Assembly (NCBI GenBank): GCA_036271615.1
Contig: DATBAH010000084.1
Coordinates: 1-50,547 of the forward strand
From: Gaiellaceae bacterium
GTDB lineage: Bacteria; Actinomycetota; Thermoleophilia; Gaiellales; Gaiellaceae
Length of the DNA: 50,547 bases
Reading direction: 5' to 3'
Part shown: one piece after another, positions 13,718 to 22,021 of the stretch
Position numbering within the stretch: position 1 is the stretch's first letter
Layout: every line of letters starts with the position of its first letter
The notes under the pieces: model-generated
What the model saw: the letters and a program-made list of their open reading frames with translations, nothing else
Databases searched by the model: none
What the model was told of the DNA's origin: nothing
Program-made: the position numbers and the translations under genes

Positions 13718-15859
13718 ATGGGAGACGGCAACGCGCCCACAGGAAGGCCGCGCTGGAAGCTGGGCCTGCAAATCGCCGCCGCGTGCGTCGTCGTGCTCAT
13801 CGGCGCCTTCGCGGTCGGCTCGGCGGTCGCGGGACCACTCTTCTGGTACTCGTGCAACCTCAACGGCCTCGAGCCGCACGGCCCCTCCCAGGCGAGCGTC
13901 CTTCTCTCGCGCGACGGCACGCGGCTCGGGATGCTCGGCACGGCCGGCAACCGTCAGCCGATCTCGCTGCAGAGGGTGAGCCCAGTGATGCGGAAGGCGA
14001 TCGTCGACACCGAGGATCGGCGCTTCTACGAGAACAGCGGGATCGACTACATCGGGATCGCGCGGGCGCTGAAGAGCGACGTCACGTCCGGCGGGATCGC
14101 GCAGGGCGCGTCGACGATCGAGCAGCAACTCGTCCGCAACCTCTACCTCACTCCCCAGCAGTCGCTCGGCCGCAAGCTCACCGAGGCGTGCCTCGCGGTC
14201 CAGCTCGACAAGCAGTGGAGCAAGGACCGCATCCTCACGGCCTACCTCAACGACATCTACTTCGGGCAGGAGGCATACGGGGTCGAAGCCGCCGCCGAGG
14301 CGTATTTCGGCGTGCACGCGAAGGACCTGTCGCTCGACCAGGCAGCGCTGATCGCGGGCCTACCGCAGGCGCCGTCGGCCTACGATCCGCTCAACCGGCC
14401 CAATGCCGCGCGGGCACGCCGCGCGGAGGTGTTGAAGGCGATGCTCCAGGCCGGCGACATATCCCCCACCCGCTACCGGCGGGCGGTACGGAGCCCCCTC
14501 GGCCTGCGCCCGCGCCGGGCGCCGGGCCTCTCGGGCCAGACATACCTGACCGACTACATCACCGACCAACTCCTCGGCGAGTACGGCCCCGAGCAAATCC
14601 GTCGCGGCGGCCTGCGGATCTACACGACGCTCGACGCGAAGATGCAGACCGACGCGACGCGCTCGATCCTCGGCACTCTCGACCGCAAGGGAGACCCCGC
14701 CGGCTCGGTCGTCTCGATCGAGCCGTCGTCGGGCCAGATCAGGGCGATGGCCGTCGCGCAGACCGGGAAGCGCATCTCCTACGACCTCCCGGCCGACGGG
14801 CATCGCCAGGCGGGATCGACGTTCAAGATGTTCGTCCTCACGCAGGCCGTGCAGCGGGAGATCAACCCCTACTCGACGCAGTACCTCTCTGCGCCGTTCA
14901 TCGGGCCCGACAACTGGCACGTGCACACGTTCGAGAACACGTACTCGGGCCGCATCCCGCTGACGCAGGCGACGCTTCTCTCGGACAACACGGTCTACGC
15001 CCGTCTTGCGCTCGACCTCGGTCCGCAGCCGATCGCCGCGCTCGCGCACCGGATGGGAATCCGGTCGAAGCTCCACGCCGTTCCGTCGATCGTGCTCGGA
15101 GTGAACGCGGTGAGCCCGCTCGACCTCGCGAGCGCGTACGCCACGCTCGGCGACGGCGGCGTCGCGCACGACCCCACCATCCTGAGCAAGGTCGTCTTCC
15201 CCGGCGGTCACACCGAGGAAGCGGCCAAGCCGAAGGGCAGGCGAGTCGTCGACGCGAAGGTCGCGGGCGTGGTCACGCGGGTCCTCGAGGCGAACGTGCA
15301 GAGCGGGACCGGGACGGCTGCCGCACTTTCGGGCCGGCCCGTCGCCGGGAAGACGGGAACGACCGACAGCTTCGGGGACGCGTGGTTCGCGGGCTGGGTG
15401 CCGCAACTGACGACGGTCACATGGGTCGGCTATCCGACGAGCGTCCGCCCGATGCGCGGCGTGCACGGAATCGCAGGCGTGACGGGCGGCACCCTCCCGG
15501 CGCAGATCTGGCACACCTACATGACGGAGGCGCTGCAGGGGCAACCCGTCGAGCAGTTCGCAAGCCCGGGATCGCCGCCGTACAACCGGTGGTGCGGGCG
15601 CTACCAGTTCGCGCGCACGTGGCGCGACGCCCGCAAGCACGGCGGCTGCAAGCACGAGCGGTCGCATAAGAAGAAGGCCAAGACCACGACGCAGCGGAAG
15701 ACGACGACCGCCGGGACGACGACCGCGCGCACGACCACAACCATTCAGACGATCCCGACCACGACGTCGGAGCCGCCGCCGACCACGATCGCGCCGCCGC
15801 CGCCGACGACCACCACGGAGCCGACGACCGACACGACGACGACCTCCGGCGTTCCCTGA
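13718..15859 (+). CDS. Class A penicillin-binding protein (GT51 transglycosylase + transpeptidase) with a Thr/Pro-rich tail
   Basis: N-terminal TM; GT51 motifs TEDRRFYENSGID and GASTIEQQLVRN; transpeptidase motifs STFK, SDN, KTGTT. Confidence 0.93.
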   Translation: MGDGNAPTGRPRWKLGLQIAAACVVVLIGAFAVGSAVAGPLFWYSCNLNGLEPHGPSQASVLLSRDGTRLGMLGTAGNRQPISLQRVSPVMRKAIVDTEDRRFYENSGIDYIGIARALKSDVTSGGIAQGASTIEQQLVRNLYLTPQQSLGRKLTEACLAVQLDKQWSKDRILTAYLNDIYFGQEAYGVEAAAEAYFGVHAKDLSLDQAALIAGLPQAPSAYDPLNRPNAARARRAEVLKAMLQAGDISPTRYRRAVRSPLGLRPRRAPGLSGQTYLTDYITDQLLGEYGPEQIRRGGLRIYTTLDAKMQTDATRSILGTLDRKGDPAGSVVSIEPSSGQIRAMAVAQTGKRISYDLPADGHRQAGSTFKMFVLTQAVQREINPYSTQYLSAPFIGPDNWHVHTFENTYSGRIPLTQATLLSDNTVYARLALDLGPQPIAALAHRMGIRSKLHAVPSIVLGVNAVSPLDLASAYATLGDGGVAHDPTILSKVVFPGGHTEEAAKPKGRRVVDAKVAGVVTRVLEANVQSGTGTAAALSGRPVAGKTGTTDSFGDAWFAGWVPQLTTVTWVGYPTSVRPMRGVHGIAGVTGGTLPAQIWHTYMTEALQGQPVEQFASPGSPPYNRWCGRYQFARTWRDARKHGGCKHERSHKKKAKTTTQRKTTTAGTTTARTTTTIQTIPTTTSEPPPTTIAPPPPTTTTEPTTDTTTTSGVP

Positions 15860-15925
15860 CGCGCCGCGGAGCCCGGACGGCCGCCTCCTGCCCCGGACTC
15901 CGCGCTGCAGGGCGCTGCTTGGCGG

Positions 15926-16201
15926 CTAAGCGGCCTTGTTCCTTCCGAGCATCTTCGACCACCACTCGTCCTCGTCGACGAGGCTGGGGCGAACCTTCGG
16001 CCCACTCGGCCACCGCGGCAACGTGACGCGCCGCTGCTTCGTGAGCTCCTCGAGCACGGCTGCGCGCAGGGTGTGCAGCCGCTCGTGCTGTGCTTCGATC
16101 TCACGGGCCAACTCGTTGCGCTCGGCCTCCCGGCGTGCGACGTCGTGCTCGACCTCGAGCAGGCTGTCCCTGTGGCTGAGCTCCTCGACTGTGCTGGACA
16201 T
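15926..16201 (-). CDS. Small coiled-coil hypothetical protein (91 aa)
   Basis: ATG 16201 is preceded by GGAGGAGGAG. High GC3. The sequence MSSTVEELSHRDSLLEVEHDVARREAERNELAREIEAQHERL... matches no family I recognise. Confidence 0.45.
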   Translation of the reverse strand: MSSTVEELSHRDSLLEVEHDVARREAERNELAREIEAQHERLHTLRAAVLEELTKQRRVTLPRWPSGPKVRPSLVDEDEWWSKMLGRNKAA

Positions 16202-16382
16202 GCGGCGCTCCTCCTCCACTCGGTGTACCGGACGCCGCAGTCGTCCTGTGCTCAATCGTCGTCCTCCATGCGGTTTCCGGCGATCCCTCGAACTGACGTA
16301 ACTGCGTCGCGGTCCGCTCTATCAAGTTCGAGGCTTTTTCCGCCGATAGAAGCCGTGTGACTTCCCTGCGGCCCGTCGGGAA

Positions 16383-18890
16383 TTGGGCATGAGCGCCTCG
16401 TCCGAACAAGAGCGCATGCCCCAGCGCCAGCTCGGCGAGCTGATGACCGAGCTCGGGCTGATCAGCGAGGAGCAGCTCGCAACGGTGCTCGAGGTGCAGC
16501 AGCAGTCGAAGCGGCCGCTCGGCCAGATCATCGTGGAGCTCGGATTCGCCTCGGGCGCCGCGGTCGCGCACGCGCTTGCGCTGCAGAGCGGCGGCGCGCT
16601 CAAGACCGAGTACGGCTTCGCGCTCGGCGTTCCGCCGAAGGACGAGGACGACGCCGACGGCGGAGAGGCGACGAGCGGAAGCCTCCCGAAGCTCCGGTTG
16701 GCGTCCACGGCCACCGCGCCGCCGGCGCGGCCGAACCTCGCGCCGGGCGACGACGCGGAAACCGATGGCGCCCCCGCTGCGGAGGCCGCCGAGGAGCCCG
16801 CCCCTCTCGCCGCCCTGCCTGCGGCACCGGAGCCCGAGCCCGTCGAGGACGTCGCGGCGGTCGAGCAGGTCGAGCAGGTCGAGCAGGTCGAGGACGTTCA
16901 GGACGTCGAGGAGACCGAGACCGATTCCGTCGAGGAGACCCCGGAAGTCCCCGTCGAGACCGAGGAAAGCCCGGTCGCCGAGGAGCCGGACGAGATGGCC
17001 GACGAGGCCGAGACGATCCCGGAAGCACCGCCCTTCGACGAAACCGATCCGCTCGAGCTGGAGCAACTGCGGGCCGAGATCGGAGACCTCCAAGCCGCCC
17101 TCGCCGAGGCCCGGGCTGCTGCTCTCGCCGAGCAGGAGCGCTTGCAGGCCGAGGCTTCGACGCACGAGGCCGCGGTCGTCGAGGCGAAGACCGAGTGGGA
17201 GCAGGAGCTCGCCCGGCTCCAGGACGAGCGCGACGAGGCCGCCGCAGAGCTCGAGCGGCTCCGGACCGCGCTCGCCGAAACGCAGACCGAACGCAGCGAG
17301 GACCTGACGCAGCTCCGGGAGGAGCGCGACCACGCCACCGCAGAGCTCGAGCGGCTGCAGACCACGCTCGCCGAGACGCAGACCGAGCGCAGCGAGGACC
17401 TGGCGCGGCTCCAGCAGGAGCGCGACGACGCCACCGCAGAGCTCGAGCGCCTCCAGACCACGCTCGCCGAGACGCAGACCACGCACCACGAGAACCTCGC
17501 GCGGCTCCAGCAGGAGCGCGACCACGCCACCGCAGAGCTCGAGGGTCTCCAGACGGCGCTCGCCGAGGCCGAGAGCTCGGCCGCCGAGCACGAACGCCGG
17601 CTCACCGAGGTCCACGAACGGCATTCCACCGAGCGAGACGAGCTCACCGGCCACCGCGACCGGCTCCAGCAGGAGCTCGAGGACACGCTCGAGCGGCTCG
17701 CCGCCGTCGGCCCCGCCGCCGAGGAGCGGGACCGGCTGCGCGCCGAGGCCGAGCAGCTCGAGTCCGCCCTGGCCGAGACGCAGACCACAGCGGCCCGAGA
17801 GCGCGACCGGCTGCTCGGCGAGGTCGACCGGCTCGACAGCGCCCTCGCCGAGGCGCAAGCCGAGCGCGAGCAGGAGCTCGCCCGGCTCGGCGCCGAGCAC
17901 GAGCGCGACCGGGAAGAGCTCGACCGGCTCCAGACCGCAGTCGCCGAGGCACAGGCTTCGGCCGCCGAGCAGGAGCGCCGGCTCGCCGACGAGCAGGAAC
18001 GGCACGCCGGCGAGCGCGACGAGCTCACCGCCCAGCGCGAACGGCTCCAGGAGGAGCTCGGGAAGGCATTCGAGCGGCTCGCCGTCACAGGCCCCGCCGC
18101 CGAGGAGCGCGACGAGCTGCGCACCAGGGTCGAGCTGATCGAGACGACGCTCGCCGAGGTGCGGGAGAGCTCGACGGCCGAGCTTCGGAGCGTCGTCGAG
18201 GAGCGCGACAAACTGACGGCCGAGCTCGACGAGGCACACGAGTTGCTGCGGCAGGCCGAGCGCGTGCGCGAGTCGCAGATCGCACTCGAGGCCGAGCGCG
18301 ACCGTGCCGTCAGCGAGCTGGAGCGGCTCCAGACCATCGCAGCCGACACACAGGGAGAGCTCGAGGAGCAGACCCGCCTGCTCGCCGAGGAACAGGATCT
18401 CCACCACGCCGACCGCGAGACGCTCCTCGCCCAGCGCACGGTGCTCGAGCAGGAGCTCGGCTCGGCGATCGAGCAGCTCGCAGCCGCAGCGTCCGCAGCC
18501 GACAAGCGGGAGCAGGAGCTGCAGCTCGGCTCCCAGCGGCTCGTCGACGCGCTCGACGCCGTCCGCGGGCTCGCGGCCGAGCTCGTACCCGGCAGCGAGG
18601 AGCTCCCGGCAGAGCCCGTGGCCGACGAGGCCGAGGCAGAGACGGAGGACACCGCCCAGGAGACCGAGTGGATCGAGTCCGTCCCGGAGTCCGAAGAGGT
18701 CGACTACTCACTCTTCGTGCCGGGACCGAACGGATACGAGCTGGTTCCGCAGACCGGAATTCCGCCGCAGCCCGGCCAGACGGTCGAGCTCGTCCTCCCC
18801 GACCGCGAGGAGCCGGCCGTCTTCGAGGTCGTGCGCAGCGGCCGCACGCTCCCCGGCGGAGACATCTGCGTCTATCTCGCGCAGGTCTAA
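16383..18890 (+). CDS. MshEN (c-di-GMP-binding, GspE-N-like) domain protein with a ~650-aa repetitive coiled coil and a short C-terminal beta-rich domain
   Basis: The N-terminus has two 24-aa motifs, QLGELMTELGLISEEQLATVLEVQ and PLGQIIVELGFASGAAVAHALALQ, joined by the 5-aa spacer QQSKR. An acidic linker and heptad-rich ELERLQ repeats follow. The start may be ATG 16389 rather than TTG 16383. Confidence 0.85.
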   Translation: MGMSASSEQERMPQRQLGELMTELGLISEEQLATVLEVQQQSKRPLGQIIVELGFASGAAVAHALALQSGGALKTEYGFALGVPPKDEDDADGGEATSGSLPKLRLASTATAPPARPNLAPGDDAETDGAPAAEAAEEPAPLAALPAAPEPEPVEDVAAVEQVEQVEQVEDVQDVEETETDSVEETPEVPVETEESPVAEEPDEMADEAETIPEAPPFDETDPLELEQLRAEIGDLQAALAEARAAALAEQERLQAEASTHEAAVVEAKTEWEQELARLQDERDEAAAELERLRTALAETQTERSEDLTQLREERDHATAELERLQTTLAETQTERSEDLARLQQERDDATAELERLQTTLAETQTTHHENLARLQQERDHATAELEGLQTALAEAESSAAEHERRLTEVHERHSTERDELTGHRDRLQQELEDTLERLAAVGPAAEERDRLRAEAEQLESALAETQTTAARERDRLLGEVDRLDSALAEAQAEREQELARLGAEHERDREELDRLQTAVAEAQASAAEQERRLADEQERHAGERDELTAQRERLQEELGKAFERLAVTGPAAEERDELRTRVELIETTLAEVRESSTAELRSVVEERDKLTAELDEAHELLRQAERVRESQIALEAERDRAVSELERLQTIAADTQGELEEQTRLLAEEQDLHHADRETLLAQRTVLEQELGSAIEQLAAAASAADKREQELQLGSQRLVDALDAVRGLAAELVPGSEELPAEPVADEAEAETEDTAQETEWIESVPESEEVDYSLFVPGPNGYELVPQTGIPPQPGQTVELVLPDREEPAVFEVVRSGRTLPGGDICVYLAQV
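17226..17580 (+). repeat. Tandem 96-bp (32-aa) in-frame repeats, ~3.7 copies, inside the coiled-coil gene
   Basis: Units start at 17226, 17322, 17418 and 17514. The peptide unit is ERD[EHD]A[AT]AELERL[RQ]T[AT]LAETQTERSEDL..L.., read directly from the DNA. Confidence 0.9.
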
Positions 18891-19124
18891 GCGCCTCCGC
18901 GCCTAAGAACTCCCAACGCAATGAAGCACGGGCCGTCTGAACGTGCTGTGCGGCGCGCTGCGGCGTCGTCGGTCGCGCGAATAGCGCCGCTATTCACGCT
19001 CCCTGCGTCCTTGCATCGCACTCGCTCATCACGCCCAGTCGGCGCGTGGTCACTTCGTTGGAAGCTCTAAAGAACCGCCCCAGGAAAGCCGATAACTGCG
19101 GCGACACGCGAACTGGAGGCTTCA

Positions 19125-19817
19125 GTGGACGAGTACTTCGACAGCGACACGATGTTCGACGAGCAGCAGCGCGTCGAGCCAGGCGACGAGCGCAGCGCGG
19201 CGATCGCAACCGCGCGCAGCTGGGAGCTCCCCTACCTCGACGACGAACCGCTTCTGATCGACAGCGAATCCGCCACGCGTGTGGGCGGCGAAGAGTTGGC
19301 GCGCATCGGCGCTGCTCCGGTCCGCTGCGCCGACGGCAGCGTCCGCGTCGCACTCGGCGATGCGACCCCGGAGCGCATCGCGGCCATTCGCGAGCACTTC
19401 TCCGGCGCCGTGGACATCGGTGTGGTCAAGACCTCGACGCTCGCCTCACTGCTCGACGCCGCCTCGATGGCGGTCGTGTCATCGGGCACCGACCACGTTG
19501 CGACGGGCGCCGCCGCCGCGTCGCCGGTGTGGGGACGGTCGCTCGAGCGGGTGCTCAACCTGTTCGACACCGAGGCGACCCGGCTGCAGGACCTGCGCGG
19601 CAAGCTGCAGGAGCTCGGCGGCGAGATGGCCGCGCGCGAGCAGCGGGTACAGGAGCTCGAGACAGAGCTCCAGCGGATCCGCGTCGAGCGCCTCCGCGAC
19701 CAGGAGGCCGTCGATCGCCTCCGTCACGAGCTGGCCGACCGGAACAGCCGCCTCGAGCGCGCCCTGTCGAAGACGCAGGAGCTCGCAGCCATCATGCAGG
19801 GCGGTCACCTGCAGTGA
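19125..19817 (+). CDS. T2SSE_N (GspE/PilB N-terminal) domain protein fused to a C-terminal coiled coil
   Basis: Residues ~35-110 (LIDSESATRVGGEELARIGAAPVRCADGSVRVALGDATPERIAAIREHFSGAVDIGVVKTSTLASLL) follow the same pattern as the PilB N-domain in this window (IDPIAASSVPLHVLEQVNALPYAFEDDSLCVAIADPQN...IALRVAASEEI). The C-terminal 90 aa are heptad-rich. GTG start with a GGAGG SD. Confidence 0.7.
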   Translation: MDEYFDSDTMFDEQQRVEPGDERSAAIATARSWELPYLDDEPLLIDSESATRVGGEELARIGAAPVRCADGSVRVALGDATPERIAAIREHFSGAVDIGVVKTSTLASLLDAASMAVVSSGTDHVATGAAAASPVWGRSLERVLNLFDTEATRLQDLRGKLQELGGEMAAREQRVQELETELQRIRVERLRDQEAVDRLRHELADRNSRLERALSKTQELAAIMQGGHLQ

Positions 19818-20368
19818 GAAGCACGCCGGCACGCACGCTCGCCGCAGCGGGCACTGCCGGCGCGGGCGCCGCATTCGCCGCGGTGGCCTACCTGAAGGTC
19901 GGCGGACTTCCCGGCATCCTCTACGCCGCCGGGATCTGCCTGGCCGCGTTCTTCGGCGCCGTCGCGATCTTTGTCGGCCGGACCGAGGAGCCGGTGGCAG
20001 TGCTCGATCTCGAGCCCGGGGCCCCCGTCGCTCCGCGGCCGGCGCGCTGGCGCCGTAAGTCGCACATCATCGCCGAGCTCGAGGTCGATCTGGCTGCAAC
20101 CAACGGCGAGCTCGAGGAGCATCGCCGCGCGCTCGCAAACCTCGCCAAGCAGCTCTCTCGCGAGTCGGAGGCTGCGCAACGGAACGCGGAGGGGCTCGAG
20201 GAGCGAATCCAGGAGCTCGAGGCCGAACGTGACGGCCTCCTCGAGTTCGTCGCCAAGGAGCGCGAGCGGTTCGAACAGACGCTCGACGACCTCGGCGGCG
20301 GAATCGGGCGACACGGAAACGAGCTCGCAGAGCTCGAGCGAGAGCTCGAGGCGCTCATCGCGCGCTAG
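19814..20368 (+). CDS. Membrane-anchored coiled-coil protein (two predicted TM helices, then ~110 aa of coiled coil)
   Basis: The GTG overlaps the upstream stop (GTGA). AFAAVAYLKVGGLPGILYAAGICLAAFFGAVAIFVG is followed by LEEHRRALANLAKQLSRESEAAQRNAEGLEERIQELEAERDGLLEF. High GC3. Confidence 0.55.
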   Translation: MRSTPARTLAAAGTAGAGAAFAAVAYLKVGGLPGILYAAGICLAAFFGAVAIFVGRTEEPVAVLDLEPGAPVAPRPARWRRKSHIIAELEVDLAATNGELEEHRRALANLAKQLSRESEAAQRNAEGLEERIQELEAERDGLLEFVAKERERFEQTLDDLGGGIGRHGNELAELERELEALIAR

Positions 20369-20446
20369 CGGGTTCGTCCGAAGGAGGGATCGGCGCCGAG
20401 GCGTCCGATGCCGACAGAAACGGGCGAACGAGCGCAGGAGAGACGG

Positions 20447-20725
20447 ATGCTGCTGAAGATCCTTGTCGTCGGTGCCCTACTGGTCGGAACGATGGCCGCC
20501 ATCAGGGACGGGCGCGTCCTGAAGGACGCCGGCCTCCTGAGCAGCTGCAGCGCCGTCACCGTCCGTGGGAACTCCGACCCGACCCTTCTGAGCTGTTCGA
20601 AGGGCCGGCTCGACGGCTGGCCGGACATGACGAGCCAGTCTTGCAACCTGATCTCGGTGCACCCGAGCCGCGAGTACTGGCGCTGTGCGGCGCCGGTCGT
20701 GTCCTCGCGGAGCCCGAAGGGATGA
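20447..20725 (+). CDS. Small secreted or membrane-anchored 4-Cys protein (92 aa)
   Basis: An AGGAGAG SD lies 5 nt before ATG 20447. Hydrophobic N-terminus MLLKILVVGALLVGTMAA; four Cys; good GC3. No family recognised. Confidence 0.5.
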   Translation: MLLKILVVGALLVGTMAAIRDGRVLKDAGLLSSCSAVTVRGNSDPTLLSCSKGRLDGWPDMTSQSCNLISVHPSREYWRCAAPVVSSRSPKG

Positions 20726-20807
20726 ACCGCGGGCTGCCAAGCGTCCGCCCGTCCGGGGGATACGGGCTAAAGCCGGTGCGGTAACCGGCCGATTTGAGAG
20801 GTTGCCG

Positions 20808-22019
20808 ATGGATCTCGAACTCGTGCTCCGCCGCGCCGTTGAACTCGGCGCCAGTGACATTCACCTCAAGGTCGAGAGGCCTCCGATCCTGCGCTGTGAC
20901 GGCAATCTCACAGAGCTCGACGGCGAGGGCGACCTGACCGAGCGCGACCTCGAGCTTGCGCTCGAGCACGTCTGCGCCGAGACGCCCAAGCGCCTGCAGA
21001 CGTTTCTCGAGACGGGCGAGCTCGACAGCGCGTACGCACCGGCAGGCCTGCCGCGATTCCGCGTCAACGGCTTCCGCCAGCGGGGTTCGATCTCGATCGC
21101 GTTCCGCGTCATCCCTCGCGAAGTGCCGAACTTCGACGAGCTCTCGCTGCCCCCGGGCGTCCGGCGCCTGGCAGAGGAGCACCGCGGTCTCGTCCTCGTC
21201 ACCGGCGCCACGGGCTCGGGCAAGACGACGACGCTCGCCGCGATCATCGACCACATCAACCGCGCCCGGCGCCAGCACATCGTGACGATCGAGGATCCGA
21301 TCGAGATCGTGCACGGCGACCACGGCTGCATCGTCAACCAGCGTGAGGTCGGCCTCGACACGGCGTCCTTCGCGCAGGCGCTGCGCCGCGGTCTCCGCCA
21401 GGACCCCGACGTGATCCTGATCGGCGAGCTCCGCGACGCCGAGACGGCCGAGACGGCGCTGGCCGCCGCCGAATCGGGCCACCTCGTCCTCTCGACGATG
21501 CACACGGTCGACGCCTCCGAGACGATCGGGCGGATGGTCGAGTTCTTCCCGTCCGTCAAGCAGCAGCTGATCCGGTCGATCCTCGCCGGCGTGCTGCGCG
21601 GCGTGATCAGCCAGCGCCTGCTCCCGCAGCTCACCGGTGGACGCGTCCCGGCCGTCGAGGTCATGATCGCCAACGCCCGGATCTCGGACCTGATCCGCGA
21701 CAACAAGCCCGAAGAGATCACCGAGGCGATCGCCGAAGGCGACTTCTTCCAGATGCAGACGTTCAGCAAGGCGCTGATCCAGCTCGTCGTGGAGGAGAAG
21801 GTCGACCGCGAGGTCGCGGCCAACGCCGCCCCCAACCGTCACGACTTCCTCATCGCGCTCGACCGCACCATGAAGGAGCACGCCGCCGCAGCCCACGCGC
21901 ACCTCGACTCCGTGACGGAGGCCGATCCCGACGCCGACCCGGAGCCGGAAGAGCCCACCAACACGGTGGACGAGGTGGACGACGAGCTGCCGAGACTCCG
22001 CGTCGCCGGCCAGCAGTAG
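20808..22019 (+). CDS. pilT: PilT/PilU-family type IV pilus retraction ATPase paralog with an acidic C-terminal extension
   Basis: Starts at MDLELVLRRAVELGASDIHLKV (ATG 20808, GAGAGG SD). Walker A GATGSGKTTT, Asp box, Walker B ILIGELRD, His box. It lacks a good AIRNLIRE motif (ARISDLIRD), so it is more PilU-like. Confidence 0.92.
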   Translation: MDLELVLRRAVELGASDIHLKVERPPILRCDGNLTELDGEGDLTERDLELALEHVCAETPKRLQTFLETGELDSAYAPAGLPRFRVNGFRQRGSISIAFRVIPREVPNFDELSLPPGVRRLAEEHRGLVLVTGATGSGKTTTLAAIIDHINRARRQHIVTIEDPIEIVHGDHGCIVNQREVGLDTASFAQALRRGLRQDPDVILIGELRDAETAETALAAAESGHLVLSTMHTVDASETIGRMVEFFPSVKQQLIRSILAGVLRGVISQRLLPQLTGGRVPAVEVMIANARISDLIRDNKPEEITEAIAEGDFFQMQTFSKALIQLVVEEKVDREVAANAAPNRHDFLIALDRTMKEHAAAAHAHLDSVTEADPDADPEPEEPTNTVDEVDDELPRLRVAGQQ

Positions 22020-22021
22020 CC

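Noticed and set aside
15860-15925. Imperfect hairpin GCGGAGCCCGG...CCGGACTCCGC between the convergent PBP gene and the small coiled-coil gene
   Set aside because: It has a mismatch in the stem, a 15-nt loop and no U-tract. That is not strong enough to call a terminator.
16101-18407. 768-aa minus-strand ORF, plus several other-frame ORFs over 16576-18940
   Set aside because: They are shadows of the repetitive coiled-coil gene. The plus-strand frame has the MshEN motif and heptad repeats, whereas the alternatives are Gly/Leu/Arg low-complexity.
20556-21902. Long antisense ORFs over pilT2, pilB (24676..26343), pilT (30454..31536) and pilC (34596..36206)
   Set aside because: The opposite strands carry complete Walker/Asp/His-box ATPase or GspF signatures. 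These are typical GC3-driven open antisense frames.
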